Shown in pieces: positions 19,162 to 29,052 of a stretch of DNA of 49,818 bases. A model generated the notes under the pieces. It searched no databases, had not been told where the DNA came from, and worked only from the letters and a program-made list of their open reading frames with translations. The number at the start of each line of letters is the position of its first letter. Position 1 is the first letter of the stretch. The position numbers and the translations under genes were made by a program. Source of the DNA: Chlamydiae bacterium SM23_39 (GTDB lineage: Bacteria; Chlamydiota; Chlamydiia; Chlamydiales; SM23-39); the NCBI GenBank assembly GCA_001303765.1, contig LJUH01000001.1, positions 1-49,818 of the forward strand, given 5' to 3'.

Positions 19162-19184
19162 GGGAGTTCTTTCTCCCTTTTTTC
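19162..19184 (+). terminator. Possible rho-independent terminator after the GH3 gene
   Basis: gggag-ttcttt-ctccc followed by ttttttc. The stem is only 5 bp, so this is weak. Confidence 0.4.
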
Positions 19185-19358
19185 TTTTTGTTAGCAATAA
19201 GCTTTTTCTATCTTAAGACTTATTACTTCAAATAACTTTTATACTTTGGAATTTTCTCCGATATTGGCTATGGAATTTTTTCCTAATATTGATTAATTTT
19301 TAGAAGTAATTACTGATTTTATTTTAATAAAATATCATTTTTTTGATATAAAAAGGGT

Positions 19359-20033
19359 ATGCTTACAATAGCTAAACTTTTTGGAAAGTCTCCCTTCACT
19401 CCTCTTCAAAATCATATGAAAAAAGTCTCTTCATGCATAAAAGAACTACCTTCTCTTTTTATAGCCATATCTGAAAAAGACATGAAAAAAATAGAAGTCA
19501 TTGCAAAAAAAATATCTAAATTAGAACATGAAGCTGACCTTACAAAAAATGATATCAGAAACCATCTTCCACGAAGTCTTTTCTTACCAATAAATAGAAT
19601 AGATATTTTAGACATTCTATCTCTGCAAGATTCTTTTGCTGACAAAGCAGAAGATATTGCTGTATTAGCTACCTTTAAAATTTTGGAAAATTATGAAGAT
19701 TTAAAAAAAGATTTTGAAATATTTTATAAAGAAAACATCGAATCTTTTGTTATGGTAAAAAATGTAATAAAAGAATTTGATAGTCTTTTAGAAGCTTCTT
19801 TTGGAGGAATAGAAGCAGAAAAAGTAAAAGAGATGATAGAGCTACTTGCTTTAAAAGAACATAAAATAGATCGTCTTCAATACAATATAATAAAAAAACT
19901 TTATAGTTTAGAAGAAAAAATGAAATATTCTACTTTTAATCTTTGGCAAACAATGATAAAAGAGATTGGATCTCTTTCCAATCTTGCAGAAACATTAGGT
20001 AATAGAATTAGAATGATTCTGGAGCTAAAATAA
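19359..20033 (+). CDS. DUF47/TIGR00153-type PhoU-related phosphate transport regulator
   Basis: 224 aa and helical. LEHEADLTKNDIRNHLPRSLFLPINRIDILDILSLQDSFADKAEDIA is typical of the DUF47 partner of PiT transporters. It sits immediately upstream of a PiT gene. Confidence 0.75.
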   Translation: MLTIAKLFGKSPFTPLQNHMKKVSSCIKELPSLFIAISEKDMKKIEVIAKKISKLEHEADLTKNDIRNHLPRSLFLPINRIDILDILSLQDSFADKAEDIAVLATFKILENYEDLKKDFEIFYKENIESFVMVKNVIKEFDSLLEASFGGIEAEKVKEMIELLALKEHKIDRLQYNIIKKLYSLEEKMKYSTFNLWQTMIKEIGSLSNLAETLGNRIRMILELK

Positions 20034-20037
20034 TCTA

Positions 20038-21450
20038 ATGAACATAGAAATTATTTTAATAACGATTAGCATAATAATAGGGCTTTACATGGCGTGGAAC
20101 ATTGGCGCCAACGATGTAGCTAATGCTTTAGGCACTTCTGTTGGATCTAAAGCTCTGACTTTAAAAAAAGCTATTATAATAGCTGCCATATTAGAATTTG
20201 CTGGTGCATTTTTATTAGGAAGCCACGTCTCTTCAACAATACAAAAAGATATAATATATCCAGACTTTTTTTCATTTAATCCTACAATATTTGCATTAGG
20301 TATGATAAGTTCTCTTTTTGCTACTGCTATCTGGTTAAATTTAGCTTCTTACTTTTATCTCCCAGTATCTACAACTCATTCTATCATAGGATCGATAATA
20401 GGATTTGGAGCAATAGTAGGTGGATTACATGCGGTTAACTGGAGGGAGCTATCTTATATAATAACAAGTTGGATATTAACTCCTCTATCAAGTGGTTTTA
20501 TAGCATATCTTTTATTTAGTCTTTTACAAAAAAGAATTCTTTATGCTTTAAATCCTCTACAAGCAACAAAAAAATTGATTCCCTTTTTAACTTTTTTTTC
20601 AATATTCTTCTTTTTATTTTCATTTACCTTCAAAGGAACCTATTTCGATTTCTCTTTTATATCCTCTTTCCTCATCTCTTCCATTTTAGGTTTACTTTTT
20701 TATTTTATAGCAACTATTTTAATTAAAAGAGTTCCTGATATATCACCTCCTAATAAATATAGAATAAAGCCGCAACAAACTTTATACTTAGAAAAAGCAA
20801 TAAAACATCTTCAAAGGATAAAACTTTCATCTTTTGGTGACACATATGAAAAATCTTCTTATCTTTTAAAAGAATTAAGAGATTTAGAAAAAAAAATAAA
20901 AAAAGAAATTGAATTTTCTAAAACTACAACCCAATATATAAAGGTAGAAAAAATTTTTGGATATCTTCAAATATTAAGTGTTTGTTTAATAACTTTTGCT
21001 CATGGAGCAAATGATGTAGCTAATGCAATAGGACCAATAGCAGCTACAACTTCTATTTTAAAAAACCATCAAATATCTAATAAAGTAACCGTACCATATT
21101 ACCTATTACTTATAGGAGGTGCTGGCATAATAATAGGTTTAATATCTTGGGGATGGAGAATCATTGAAACAATAGGAAAAAAAATAACAGAATTAACACC
21201 CACAAGAGGTTTCTCTGCAGAATTTGGAGCAGCTATGACTATTCTATTTGCTTCAAAATTAGGCCTTCCAATATCCACAACTCATGCTTTAGTTGGAGCA
21301 ATATTAGGAGTAGGAATAGCTAGAGGTATAAATGCTATTAATTTAAAAACTTTAAGAGACATTATTTTATCTTGGTTTGTCACAATACCTGTATCTGCTA
21401 TATTAAGTATTGTAATATTTTATTTACTTAAAGCTATTTTTAATATTTAA
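20038..21450 (+). CDS. Inorganic phosphate transporter, PiT (PHO4) family
   Basis: 470 aa. It has duplicated GANDVANA motifs (WNIGANDVANALGTSVGS and HGANDVANAIGP), PVSTTHSIIGSIIG / PISTTHALVGAILG, and a central hydrophilic loop. Confidence 0.9.
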   Translation: MNIEIILITISIIIGLYMAWNIGANDVANALGTSVGSKALTLKKAIIIAAILEFAGAFLLGSHVSSTIQKDIIYPDFFSFNPTIFALGMISSLFATAIWLNLASYFYLPVSTTHSIIGSIIGFGAIVGGLHAVNWRELSYIITSWILTPLSSGFIAYLLFSLLQKRILYALNPLQATKKLIPFLTFFSIFFFLFSFTFKGTYFDFSFISSFLISSILGLLFYFIATILIKRVPDISPPNKYRIKPQQTLYLEKAIKHLQRIKLSSFGDTYEKSSYLLKELRDLEKKIKKEIEFSKTTTQYIKVEKIFGYLQILSVCLITFAHGANDVANAIGPIAATTSILKNHQISNKVTVPYYLLLIGGAGIIIGLISWGWRIIETIGKKITELTPTRGFSAEFGAAMTILFASKLGLPISTTHALVGAILGVGIARGINAINLKTLRDIILSWFVTIPVSAILSIVIFYLLKAIFNI

Positions 21451-21484
21451 CCAAAATAAAAAATCTCATATATATAAAAATGAT

Positions 21485-24028
21485 ATGGATAAAGAAAACT
21501 TAAATTTAACTGTAGATAATTTATTTAAAAAAATAAAACATTTCTTAATAACAAATTTAGGAAAAGTAGAAAAAGAAGCTTCTATCCAAGAATTTTATAC
21601 TGCTTTTTGTTTTGCTTTAAGAGAAGAGATCATGACTAACTGGTTAGCAACTGAAAAATCTTTTGAAAAACAAAATACAAAAATCCTATATTACCTCTCA
21701 ATGGAATATCTTCCTGGAAAATTTCTAAATAATAATGTAACAAATTTAAAAGCTAATGATTTACTAAAAGAACTTTTAAAAAAATCTAATAGAAAAATTT
21801 CTGATCTTTTAGAATGCGATTCAGAACCAGGTCTTGGCAATGGAGGATTAGGAAGGCTAGCTTCCTGTTTTCTAGATTCTTTAGCAACCCAAAAATATCC
21901 TGCAATAGGATATGGATTAAGATATCAATATGGAATTTTTTCACAAGAATTATGGGAGGGAAAACAGATAGAAAGACCTGACTGTTGGTTATTAAACTAT
22001 TTCCCTTGGGAATTTAAAAAAGATTTCCATTCTGTTTCTATATATTATAAAGGCAGCCTAATACCCGCTACTAACAGCCATGGAGATGAGATATTTCACT
22101 TAGAAGATTATGAAGAGGTAAGAGCTCTTCCTCATGATATTCCAATAATAGGATATTCTCATCAATCTGATTTCTCTGTTTTAACTTTAAGATTATGGTC
22201 TACCAAAGAATCTCCTAAAAATTTTGAACTTCAAAGATATAACGCAGGAGAATTAGGAGAAGCTGGAGAGAACAACTCTTTAACAGATGTACTCTATCCT
22301 AATGATAATAATGAAGTAGGTAAAAGGATCAGATTAAAACAAGAATTTTTATTAGCATGCGCTTCTTTACAAGATATTTTTAGACGCTTTGAAAAAAATT
22401 ATGATAACGTCTATCTATTTCCTGAAAAGGTTGAAATTCAAATAAATGATACACATCCTGCTTTATTAATAGCAGAACTAATGAGAAGACTTGTAAAAAA
22501 CTATGATATGCCATGGGAAAAAGCATGGGATATAACAAAAACCAGTTGTAATTATACCAACCATTCAACTTTAAAAGAAGCATTAGAAGAATGGAATGAA
22601 AAAAGGGTTGAATATCTACTTCCTCGTCAATATAAAACTATTCAAAAGATAAATCAAATGTTTTGTAATGAGGTAAGACAAAAATTTCCAAATGATGAAG
22701 AAAAAATACAAAGGCTCTCCTTTTTCGCAAATGGACAAATAAAGATGAGCCATCTAGCAATATATGGATCTAAAAAAATTAATGGAGTCTCTCAAATCCA
22801 TGAAGAGATATTAAAAACTAAACTATTTAAAGATTTTTATGATATGTATCCAGAAAAATTTCTAAATATAAATAATGGAGTAACTCCTCGACGATGGTTA
22901 TTAAATTGTAATCCTAGCCTATCACAATTTATAACTTCAAAGATAGGAAAAGAGTGGATAACAGATTTTAAGAAACTAGAAAAGCTTCATGATTTTGCAG
23001 ATGACAAAGAATCCCAAGAAGAATTTATTAAAATCAAAAAAAATAATAAAACAAGATTAATAGAATTTTTCTATAAAGAAAATCCGATAAGAAATTACAA
23101 AGGAAAAATAGTAGGCCGCTTTCCCTGTTTACCTGAAAATTCTCTCTTTGATGTACATATAAAAAGATTTCATGAATATAAAAGACAACTTTTAAATGCT
23201 TTACATCTACTTATATTATATGATGAATTAAAACGTGATATTAACAGCAGAAAAATAAAAAGGATGGTAATAGTAGGAGGAAAAGCAGCACCAGGTTATA
23301 CAATTGCAAAACAAACAATTATTCTCTTTTTCTGTATAGCAAGAAAAATACATTTAGATGCAAAAGTATCTCAAAAATTAAGATTAGCTTTAATAGAAAA
23401 TTACAATGTATCAAAAGCAGAAATAATAATTCCTGCTGCTGATCTATCTGAACAGATATCTACCGCTGGATTAGAAGCATCGGGCACAGGTAATATGAAA
23501 CTAGCTTTAAATGGAGCTTTAACATTAGGATCTATAGATGGAGCCAACATAGAGATGAAAAACTTAATAACAGAAAAATGGTGGCCTTTCTCTTTTGGAA
23601 AAACAGCAGAAGAGATAAAAGAAGCAAGACCAACATATAAATCATGGGAGATATACACTAAAAACCCAAAAATTAAAAAAGCTATAGATACTTTAAAAGA
23701 TGGTAGTTTAGTAAAAACAGAAGAAGAGCATAGAGCTCTAACGAATTTATATGAAAGGCTTTTAACTACAAAAGAACGTATGGCAGATTATTATTTTGTA
23801 CTATCTGATTTAGAATCTTACTATCAAACACAAAAAAAAGTAGAAGAACTATTTTTAGATAAAAACTTATGGGCAAAATATGCTATACATAACATAGCAT
23901 CTATGGGATATTTCTCTTCTGATTATTCAGTAGAAAATTATGCTAAAAATATTTGGAAATTACAAAAATGTCCTATAGATGAAAATATTTTAAAAATGGT
24001 AAAAGCTGAATATTTTGATATCTCTTAA
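21485..24028 (+). CDS. glgP: Glycogen/maltodextrin phosphorylase
   Basis: 847 aa with YLSMEYLPG, GLGNGGLGRLA.CFLDS, NDTHPAL, RFHEYKRQLLN, GGKAAPGY and the EASGTGNMK pyridoxal-phosphate site. Confidence 0.97.
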   Translation: MDKENLNLTVDNLFKKIKHFLITNLGKVEKEASIQEFYTAFCFALREEIMTNWLATEKSFEKQNTKILYYLSMEYLPGKFLNNNVTNLKANDLLKELLKKSNRKISDLLECDSEPGLGNGGLGRLASCFLDSLATQKYPAIGYGLRYQYGIFSQELWEGKQIERPDCWLLNYFPWEFKKDFHSVSIYYKGSLIPATNSHGDEIFHLEDYEEVRALPHDIPIIGYSHQSDFSVLTLRLWSTKESPKNFELQRYNAGELGEAGENNSLTDVLYPNDNNEVGKRIRLKQEFLLACASLQDIFRRFEKNYDNVYLFPEKVEIQINDTHPALLIAELMRRLVKNYDMPWEKAWDITKTSCNYTNHSTLKEALEEWNEKRVEYLLPRQYKTIQKINQMFCNEVRQKFPNDEEKIQRLSFFANGQIKMSHLAIYGSKKINGVSQIHEEILKTKLFKDFYDMYPEKFLNINNGVTPRRWLLNCNPSLSQFITSKIGKEWITDFKKLEKLHDFADDKESQEEFIKIKKNNKTRLIEFFYKENPIRNYKGKIVGRFPCLPENSLFDVHIKRFHEYKRQLLNALHLLILYDELKRDINSRKIKRMVIVGGKAAPGYTIAKQTIILFFCIARKIHLDAKVSQKLRLALIENYNVSKAEIIIPAADLSEQISTAGLEASGTGNMKLALNGALTLGSIDGANIEMKNLITEKWWPFSFGKTAEEIKEARPTYKSWEIYTKNPKIKKAIDTLKDGSLVKTEEEHRALTNLYERLLTTKERMADYYFVLSDLESYYQTQKKVEELFLDKNLWAKYAIHNIASMGYFSSDYSVENYAKNIWKLQKCPIDENILKMVKAEYFDIS

Positions 24029-24744
24029 AAAAGACTCCATTTCTTTTTTATCTGCAAAATAATTTCTTCCTTTTCCAACTCTTCAACTATTTTATTAAAC
24101 TTATTTATAATAGCTTCATTTTTTTTTAAAGAGACCAACCTTATAGCTTCATCTGTTAAATATCCCGTAATTTTAAGATCATCATACAAATTTCTCACAA
24201 AATTACCCGCTTCCAATCCATAAACCATAGCACCATCTAAAAATCCATTTGAAACATCATTTAAAAGCTCTGGTATAGAATCATATATCTTAATAAAAAT
24301 ATCTTCATATTTTTCTAAAAACAAAATACTACTTTCTCCTCTAATAATTCCTACCAATTTTTTTTTCATATCATCTAAAGAGGTATAACTACTCTCTTTT
24401 CTAACTACTAAAACATGCCCAATATTTAAAATAGGAAGAGAAAAACTATATTTATCCTTTAAAAATTGATAGGGGTTTTTAAAAGATAAAACAGCTTCTA
24501 CTTTTTCATCTTCTAATACTTTAAAAAGAGAATCAAAATTTTCTTTAACAAGAGTAAATCTAACATCTTTTTTCCCTGATATCTCTAAAAGAATCTCTTT
24601 GATATATCCATTTACATTACTTTGTAATTCTTTAAAATCCTTAGGATACCAAGAGGGATCATATCCTATACAAATTTTTTCTCCATTGTTTTGACATGAA
24701 AAAAAACACAAAAAAAAAGAAAAAAATATTATTTTTATTTTCAT
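24025..24744 (-). CDS. Periplasmic amino-acid binding protein (family 3 solute-binding, ArtJ-like) with lipoprotein-type signal
   Basis: 239 aa with signal FFLCFFSC, then GYDPSWYP...GY..E and VGIIRG..., the general SBP_bac_3 pattern. Assignment is moderately secure. It overlaps the glgP stop convergently by 4 nt. Confidence 0.55.
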   Translation of the reverse strand: MKIKIIFFSFFLCFFSCQNNGEKICIGYDPSWYPKDFKELQSNVNGYIKEILLEISGKKDVRFTLVKENFDSLFKVLEDEKVEAVLSFKNPYQFLKDKYSFSLPILNIGHVLVVRKESSYTSLDDMKKKLVGIIRGESSILFLEKYEDIFIKIYDSIPELLNDVSNGFLDGAMVYGLEAGNFVRNLYDDLKITGYLTDEAIRLVSLKKNEAIINKFNKIVEELEKEEIILQIKKKWSLF

Positions 24745-25082
24745 AACTAAAAAATAATATATCTATATTTTTATAAAAACAAAAAATTATAAAACATTTT
24801 TTATCTCAAAAGACTATATTATAAAATATATTTTAATTACTAAAAACAAAAAAGATAAAAATTCATTTTTAAAGAAATCATAAATTATTCAAGGCTTTGA
24901 ACCATCCGTTTTTTCTATTAAAAATCTCTAACTTTTTCCATATTTTATTGTTCATAAAACAATATTTTACTAAAATTATAAAAATCCAGATTTAAGGAGA
25001 TTTTTTTATGATACATTTTTCTTATTACTGAGAAAAAGAATTCATAAAATTATTGCTTCTAAACTAAAAAATTAAAAAAACT

Positions 25083-25338
25083 ATGACTAACAACACCTAT
25101 TTTAATTTTATATCTCGGATCAAGCCTGCTCATCAAAATGATGTTAACGCAATGATTTTAGCAGGTGATAGTTTTATCACTGGATCTAAAGATACAACTA
25201 TAAAAAGATGGAATAATAACAAAAAAACATCCGGTAAAGATTCACAATCTTTTAAAAAAAGGCAATACAATAATATCAGCTTGTTCTGATTCTTACTCAA
25301 AACATACTTTTTTAACTTTTTGGGATTATAGAAAATAA
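25083..25338 (+). pseudogene. WD40-repeat protein gene remnant (about two repeats, frameshifted in an A-run)
   Basis: Frame 1 reads AHQNDVNAMILAGDSFITGSKDTTIKRWN, a canonical WD40 unit. After the A7 run at about 25254..25260 a second unit continues in another frame: GNTIISACSDSYSKHTFLTFWDYRK*. Confidence 0.5.
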
Positions 25339-25712
25339 TTTTTTCTCTACTGAATTTTATATAAAATACTTTTCTAATCACTTTAAAGAGTGTTGTCTTA
25401 CCTCTTCAAAAAAATAAAACTTTAATATATAAAATTTTTATCTACTTTTTAAATAAAAAATAAATTTTTTGAAATTTTTTTTAATTAAAAAAAAATTTTT
25501 AATTTGTAAAAATAAATAAGATAAAAAATCTTTTTTAAAGAAAAAATAAAAATTTAGCAAAATCATAAAAATCTATTTTCTTCAGAAAACAATTTTTTAG
25601 TATTAGACATCTAAAAAATTTATAATTAAAAAATATAAATCTTCAAAAGTTTTTAATTCTTTGGAAAACCTAAAAATGATATAAAAAAAATAAAAACTAA
25701 AAAAAAGAAAGA

Positions 25713-26537
25713 ATGATGTTTAAAAAGTTAAGTATATTTATAATTTTTTTACTTCTTATAGGATGTGCAGAAAACCAATCCATCGTAAATCTAATCTCAG
25801 AAAGAGAAGCTAATGAGATAATAGTATTCTTAGCTTCTCATGGTATTGAAGCTCAAAAAATACAAGCTGCAACTACTGAAATGATAGGTGGGCAAGCTCC
25901 AACAAACCTTTGGAATATAATGGTAGATCCAGATGATGCTATAAGAGCTATGTCATTACTCAACCAACAAGGATTGCCAAGAAGAAAAGGAGCAACTCTT
26001 TTAGAGCTTTTTGCAAAAGAGGGCCTTATGTCTTCTGACAAAGAGGAAAATATAAGATATCAAGCTGGTATAGAAGAAGAATTAAAAAATATTATAAGAA
26101 AAATAGATGGTATATTAGATGCAGATGTACAAATATCTTTTCCTACTAGTGAACCTCTGCCAGGGGCAGAACCTCAAAAAATAAAAGCTGCTGTGTATGT
26201 AAAACATCAAGGAGTATTAGATGATCCTAATAACCATTTAGAAACAAAAATAAAAAGACTTGTTTCTGGAAGTATTGAAAACTTAGATTTTGATAATGTA
26301 TCCGTGATTCCTGATAAATCAACCATTTCTACCATCTCTTTAACAGAAGAAAAAGATGAAATAGCCAAAAAAGCTAGAGGAAAAGAATATGTTAGCATTT
26401 GGTCTATAATTATGACAAAAAATTCAGCTCCCAAATTTAGAATGATCTTTTTTTCTTTAATAATTTTAATAATTGTCCTCGGAAGTATAACAACATATTT
26501 ATTATTTAAATATTATTCTACAACATCAAAAAAATAA
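25713..26537 (+). CDS. sctJ: Type III secretion inner-membrane ring lipoprotein SctJ (CdsJ/YscJ family)
   Basis: It has the lipobox LLIGC, then LISEREANEIIVFLASHGIEAQK...W.I.V...DA.RA...L...GLPR...LF and a C-terminal TM helix. Confidence 0.88.
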   Translation: MMFKKLSIFIIFLLLIGCAENQSIVNLISEREANEIIVFLASHGIEAQKIQAATTEMIGGQAPTNLWNIMVDPDDAIRAMSLLNQQGLPRRKGATLLELFAKEGLMSSDKEENIRYQAGIEEELKNIIRKIDGILDADVQISFPTSEPLPGAEPQKIKAAVYVKHQGVLDDPNNHLETKIKRLVSGSIENLDFDNVSVIPDKSTISTISLTEEKDEIAKKARGKEYVSIWSIIMTKNSAPKFRMIFFSLIILIIVLGSITTYLLFKYYSTTSKK

Positions 26538-26540
26538 AAT

Positions 26541-27407
26541 ATGCAAAATGCTTCAATAGTGATATTAAATGAATTTTTAAAAAAATTTGCTGAAAAAAAA
26601 AGAAAAAACATGCTTTCTTTTCTATCCGATGAAATAAGAAAAAAAATAGAAAAAACACCCCATTTAAAAGTCTCCATAGATTTTGAAAAATTTGAACCTC
26701 AAAATATCATAAAAGAGATCCACTATTCATGGTATCTTCCCTTTTTAAAAAAATTTCCTAAAAAGCAACAGCTATGGTTTTTGTCTTTATTAGAAAAAAA
26801 TATCTCTGAAAAATTAAAAAATTTTTTACAAATAAAGGAAAAAATAAAAAAATTACCTATATTTTTCTCTTTTTTTTTACAAAAAATTTTTTTTAAAGAA
26901 ATTTTAGATGATTATATTCTACCAAAAGAATATCTTGTACCAAGCAAATTAAATTTTTTATTAAATCTTTCTAAAAACAATTTAATAAAATTAATAAATT
27001 TCTTAGCTCTTTTTGATTTAGCAAAAGAGATTCCAAAAATAATAGATACTAAAATATTAAAAAAAATAGATAAACACCTTTCTAAAGAAGAAAAAATCTT
27101 TCTACATTCTAAAATAAAATATAAAGAATCCTTTTCTTTTCCAAAATTACAAATAAATAAATATATAAATTCAAAAGAAGCTTTTAAATTAATGCTTCAT
27201 AAAAGAGGGATTATTAGATTTGCTAAAGCTTTATCAACACAAGATAATAATTTAATATGGCATATTTCCCGCAAGCTAGATATAGGAAGAGGAAAAATAT
27301 TATATGAACTATCCCAAAAAGATAAATTTTTTGAAATATCTAAAAGTATTACTTCAAATATTATTCAGATATTACCTATTATAACAAAAGAAGAAGAGTA
27401 TGAATAA
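26541..27407 (+). CDS. Hypothetical protein in the SctK position of the chlamydial T3SS cluster
   Basis: 288 aa, lysine-rich, with no motif I can name. It lies between sctJ and sctL, as does the unnamed gene between cdsJ and cdsL in Chlamydia. Its stop overlaps the sctL start. Confidence 0.4.
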   Translation: MQNASIVILNEFLKKFAEKKRKNMLSFLSDEIRKKIEKTPHLKVSIDFEKFEPQNIIKEIHYSWYLPFLKKFPKKQQLWFLSLLEKNISEKLKNFLQIKEKIKKLPIFFSFFLQKIFFKEILDDYILPKEYLVPSKLNFLLNLSKNNLIKLINFLALFDLAKEIPKIIDTKILKKIDKHLSKEEKIFLHSKIKYKESFSFPKLQINKYINSKEAFKLMLHKRGIIRFAKALSTQDNNLIWHISRKLDIGRGKILYELSQKDKFFEISKSITSNIIQILPIITKEEEYE

Positions 27408-28029
27408 ATTTTTTTCATTATTATCAGAAAAAAAAATAGCTTTATCTCCTGGAGAAAAAATAATCCCCAAAAAAGAATTCAGCTCTTTAAAAAAGGCAAA
27501 TGAAATTTTATTAGAGGTAAAAAGAGAAGCTTTAAAATATAAAAAAGAGATTACAAAAGAATGTGAACTATTAAAAGAGACAGCATATAAAAAGGGATTT
27601 GATGAAGGGCTTTTAAAATTAAATACTCATATTTTAACATTATCCAATGAAATTAAAAATTTTTCTGAAGAGATGAAAAAAAAGATCCTTCCTATTGCAT
27701 TAAAAGCAGCTAAAAAAATATTAGGAGAAGAATTAAAACTATACCCTGAAAGAATATTAAATATTGTTACACAATCTCTAAAACCAGTAATGCAGCATAA
27801 ACAGATAAAAATTTTTGTGAATAAAGAAGATTTAAAAATTTTAGAAAAACATAAAAATAAAATAAAAAAAATACTACAACAAGTAGAAATATTTTCTATA
27901 CAAGAAAGAGATGATATAGAAAAAGGAGGATGCATTATAGAAACAGAAGCTGGTATCATAAATGCTCAACTAGAAAACATATGGCAAACATTAGAAGTAG
28001 CTTTTGAAGAATATATGAAAAAACGGTAA
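27400..28029 (+). CDS. sctL: Type III secretion stator protein SctL (CdsL/YscL/FliH family)
   Basis: 209 aa with coiled N-terminal half, EA..KG..EG, LA..A..KILG.EL....E.I..IV and a GGCIIETE.G..INAQLE ending typical of FliH/SctL. Confidence 0.8.
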   Translation: MNKFFSLLSEKKIALSPGEKIIPKKEFSSLKKANEILLEVKREALKYKKEITKECELLKETAYKKGFDEGLLKLNTHILTLSNEIKNFSEEMKKKILPIALKAAKKILGEELKLYPERILNIVTQSLKPVMQHKQIKIFVNKEDLKILEKHKNKIKKILQQVEIFSIQERDDIEKGGCIIETEAGIINAQLENIWQTLEVAFEEYMKKR

Positions 28030-28032
28030 CTT

Positions 28033-28779
28033 ATGAAAAAGGTGTTTTTTTTATTCTTTTTCTCTTATATAGAAACAATTTTTGCTCAAGCTCCAGAAAT
28101 AGCAGGAATAGATCAACCAAATGTAGTTACTAAATTAGCAGTACTGGTAGGTATTGCAACACTACCTTTTATAGTTATGCTACTCACATCTTTTGTAAAA
28201 ATAGTTATAGTATTATCCCTTTTAAGAAATGCTATAGGAGTACAACAAACCCCTCCTAATCAAGTGATAAATGGAGTTGCTCTACTTTTATCAATTTATG
28301 TTATGTTCCCTACTGGTTTAGCAATGTATAACTCTTCTAAAGAGGTAATAGAAAAGCAGTCTCCTACAGAAATAGTTTCTGGGCAAACCCCTCTTTATTT
28401 AATAAATATTGCAAATAAAGCAAAGGAACCTCTTAGAGAATTTTTACAAAAAAATTGTACAATAAAACATATAAGAGGATTTTATCAGATAGCTCGTCGC
28501 GTTTTTCCTAAACCCTATAATACTAACATACAAATATCTGATTTTATAATTTTAATTCCCTCTTTTATAACCAGTCAATTACAAGGAGCTTTTGAAATAG
28601 GCGTGCTGATCTATCTTCCCTTTTTTGTAATTGATTTAGTAACTTCTAACATACTTTTAGCAATGGGTATGATGATGTTATCACCATTAACCATAGCATT
28701 ACCAATAAAACTACTACTTTTAGTTATGTTGGATGGTTGGACAATATTAGTTCAAGGATTAATTTTAACGTTTAGGTAA
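28033..28779 (+). CDS. sctR: Type III secretion export apparatus protein SctR (FliP family)
   Basis: FVKIVIVLSLLRNAIGVQQTPPNQVINGVALLLSIYVMFP and FEIGVLIYLPFFVIDLV.SNILLAMGMMMLSP are FliP/SctR signatures. Confidence 0.93.
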   Translation: MKKVFFLFFFSYIETIFAQAPEIAGIDQPNVVTKLAVLVGIATLPFIVMLLTSFVKIVIVLSLLRNAIGVQQTPPNQVINGVALLLSIYVMFPTGLAMYNSSKEVIEKQSPTEIVSGQTPLYLINIANKAKEPLREFLQKNCTIKHIRGFYQIARRVFPKPYNTNIQISDFIILIPSFITSQLQGAFEIGVLIYLPFFVIDLVTSNILLAMGMMMLSPLTIALPIKLLLLVMLDGWTILVQGLILTFR

Positions 28780-28782
28780 AAA

Positions 28783-29052
28783 ATGTTTCAAAGTGAAATA
28801 TATCAATTAACCTATCAAGCTTTAATCTTAATACTTCTACTTTCAGGACCTCCTATTATTATAAGCATGATATTAGGACTCCTCGTTGCAATATTCCAAG
28901 CAGCTACTCAAATACAAGAACAAACACTCTCTTTTACAGTAAAACTGTTTGCAGTCATTCTAACAATCATTATTTTAGGTGGATGGCTTAGTGCTCAAAT
29001 ATTTCATTTTGCTAACACAATTTTTACTAATTTCCCTACCTGGAAATCATAA
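28783..29052 (+). CDS. sctS: Type III secretion export apparatus protein SctS (FliQ family)
   Basis: 89 aa with LSGPPIIISMILGLLVAIFQAATQIQEQTLSF.VKL. Its stop overlaps the sctT start (TAATG). Confidence 0.93.
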   Translation: MFQSEIYQLTYQALILILLLSGPPIIISMILGLLVAIFQAATQIQEQTLSFTVKLFAVILTIIILGGWLSAQIFHFANTIFTNFPTWKS

